From the NCBI GenBank assembly GCA_034408725.1, contig JAWXCN010000045.1, positions 1 to 17,139 on the forward strand: 17,139 nt of DNA, written 5' to 3'. The DNA is from Candidatus Hydrogenedentota bacterium. Its GTDB lineage: Bacteria; Hydrogenedentota; Hydrogenedentia; Hydrogenedentales; SLHB01. Of the stretch, positions 15,971 through 17,139 are shown in pieces; the first letter of the stretch is position 1; the number at the start of each line of letters is the position of its first letter. A program made the translations under genes and the position numbers. The notes under the pieces were generated by a model. That model did not search any database. It worked only from the letters and a program-made list of their open reading frames with translations, and was not told where the DNA came from.

Positions 15971-16231
15971 TCACGACACCTGCCCGTGGTCACCCTCAAG
16001 CTCCACAGGAACGATGTAATCGCAGGGCAACTGCATTTTGGTAAACCATTGCGACAGCGCTTCTTTCGTCGGCGCTTTCATTACACAGACCATTTTTCCT
16101 TCGGCGAGGTTCATAAAACTGCGGTAGGGCTTGACATTGCCGTCGTGAACCGCGGCATCCGCGAGCTGATCCACCTGTTCCCGTTTAACTGCTCCAGCCG
16201 GAACGCTGTGCGCACTCATGAATTTAGGCAT
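15971..16231 (-). CDS. Small DUF4242/SCO4226-like alpha+beta protein
   Basis: MPKFMSAHSVP..V..YRSF.N..EGKMVCVMKAPTKEAL..W......PCD.I.PVE resembles DUF4242. ATG 16231 has a purine-rich GGGAAG upstream; 86 aa. Confidence 0.65.
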   Translation of the reverse strand: MPKFMSAHSVPAGAVKREQVDQLADAAVHDGNVKPYRSFMNLAEGKMVCVMKAPTKEALSQWFTKMQLPCDYIVPVELEGDHGQVS

Positions 16232-16327
16232 GGCTCGATTCTTCCCTGTTCGGATTGATAGAGCGACCGTATGGCCCGCACTGGAAAACCTGTCAACCGC
16301 CTGACTGGAGATTTGGGGCCGGAGGCG

Positions 16328-16336
16328 TGATAGCAT
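16328..16336 (+). promoter_or_regulatory. Putative extended -10 promoter (TGATAGCAT) for thiolase
   Basis: TGnTAnnnT ~60 nt upstream of ATG 16398. Confidence 0.4.
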
Positions 16337-16397
16337 AGGGGTGTTGGCGGAGTCGCCAGGCGCTGCGTGTCAATTAACCTTGCCGAGGAGGACGATC

Positions 16398-17139
16398 ATG
16401 CGTGATGTGTTTATCGTGGGTGCGGTGCGGACGCCGATTGGCCGGGGCCGGGACGACGGCGCGTTGCACAGTGTTCACCCCGTCGATCTATTGGCGGCGA
16501 CGCTGAACGAGAGCGTGAAGCGCGCGGGCATCGCCAAGAGCGATGTCGAAGACATCATCGCGGGTTGCGTTACGCCGATGGCCAAACAGGGCGCGAACAT
16601 TCCGCGCCTGGCATTGTTGAAGGCGGGTTTCCCAATCGAAGTGCCCGCGGTGCAGCTTAACCGCATGTGCGGTTCCGGGCAGCAGGCGATTCACTTCGCG
16701 AGTCAGGCAATTTCCGCGGGTGACATGGAACTCGCCATCGGCGGCGGCGTCGAAATGATGGGCACGGTCCCGATGGGCAGCGACTGGGGTGTGCTTGACG
16801 ACGAATTCCTGGGCAGCTACCCGTACCCGTTGTCGCCGATGGGCGTGTGCGCCGAGGCGCTGGCGGAGAAGTGGAACATCTCGCGCCGCGAAGCAGACGA
16901 ATTTTCCGTAGAGAGCCACGTGAGGGCGGCGAAAGCGATCGCCGCGGGATTCTTCCAGCGCGAGATCATGCCTGTCGAAGTTCGCAACAACGGATCGACC
17001 AAATTCGTCGACACCGACGAAGGCGTGCGCGCGAATCCCGACCTGGAAAAGATGATGACGTTGCGCACCATCTTCAAGGAAAACGGCGTGGTCACGGCGG
17101 CGAACGCGAGCCAGATTTCCGATGGCGCGGGCGCTGTCG
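16398..17139 (+). CDS. Thiolase (acetyl-CoA C-acyltransferase); 3' end beyond window
   Basis: Not in the ORF track (no stop in window). MRDVFIVGAVRTPIGRG..GCV..QGANIPR..VPAVQLNRMCGSGQQAI..GGVEMM..DEGVR..VTAANASQISDGAGA; strong SD GAGGAGG. Confidence 0.95.
   Translation, partial: MRDVFIVGAVRTPIGRGRDDGALHSVHPVDLLAATLNESVKRAGIAKSDVEDIIAGCVTPMAKQGANIPRLALLKAGFPIEVPAVQLNRMCGSGQQAIHFASQAISAGDMELAIGGGVEMMGTVPMGSDWGVLDDEFLGSYPYPLSPMGVCAEALAEKWNISRREADEFSVESHVRAAKAIAAGFFQREIMPVEVRNNGSTKFVDTDEGVRANPDLEKMMTLRTIFKENGVVTAANASQISDGAGAV

Noticed and set aside
16475..17095. Minus-strand ORFs at the right end
   Set aside because: Antisense to the thiolase, which the ORF track omits because it has no stop in the window.

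Overview
GC-rich bacterial chromosomal segment with mostly metabolic and housekeeping genes. Left to right: a large secreted multidomain protein missed by the ORF track (minus strand, ATG at 2204, >734 aa, runs off the left edge; signal peptide + TIM barrel + LamG-like domain + PQQ-dehydrogenase beta-propeller); a higBA-type toxin-antitoxin pair with a textbook, apparently leaderless promoter and operator; a Tat-lipoprotein metallophosphoesterase; glycerate kinase coupled to glnE; an extended SDR/epimerase; a minus-strand operon (M20D amidohydrolase, DUF1572/DinB-like protein, thioredoxin-like 2Fe-2S ferredoxin); a CBS protein; a sulfatase; an AGE/cellobiose-2-epimerase-family enzyme; two small proteins; and a thiolase running off the right edge. 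The main non-coding feature is a palindromic REP-like repeat family (TGGA(C/G)T-GCGGTAGC-loop-GCTACCGC-TTT) in inverted, REPIN/MITE-like arrangements at three intergenic loci. No CRISPR array, transposase, tRNA or rRNA was seen. All calls come from manual motif recognition, without database searches.
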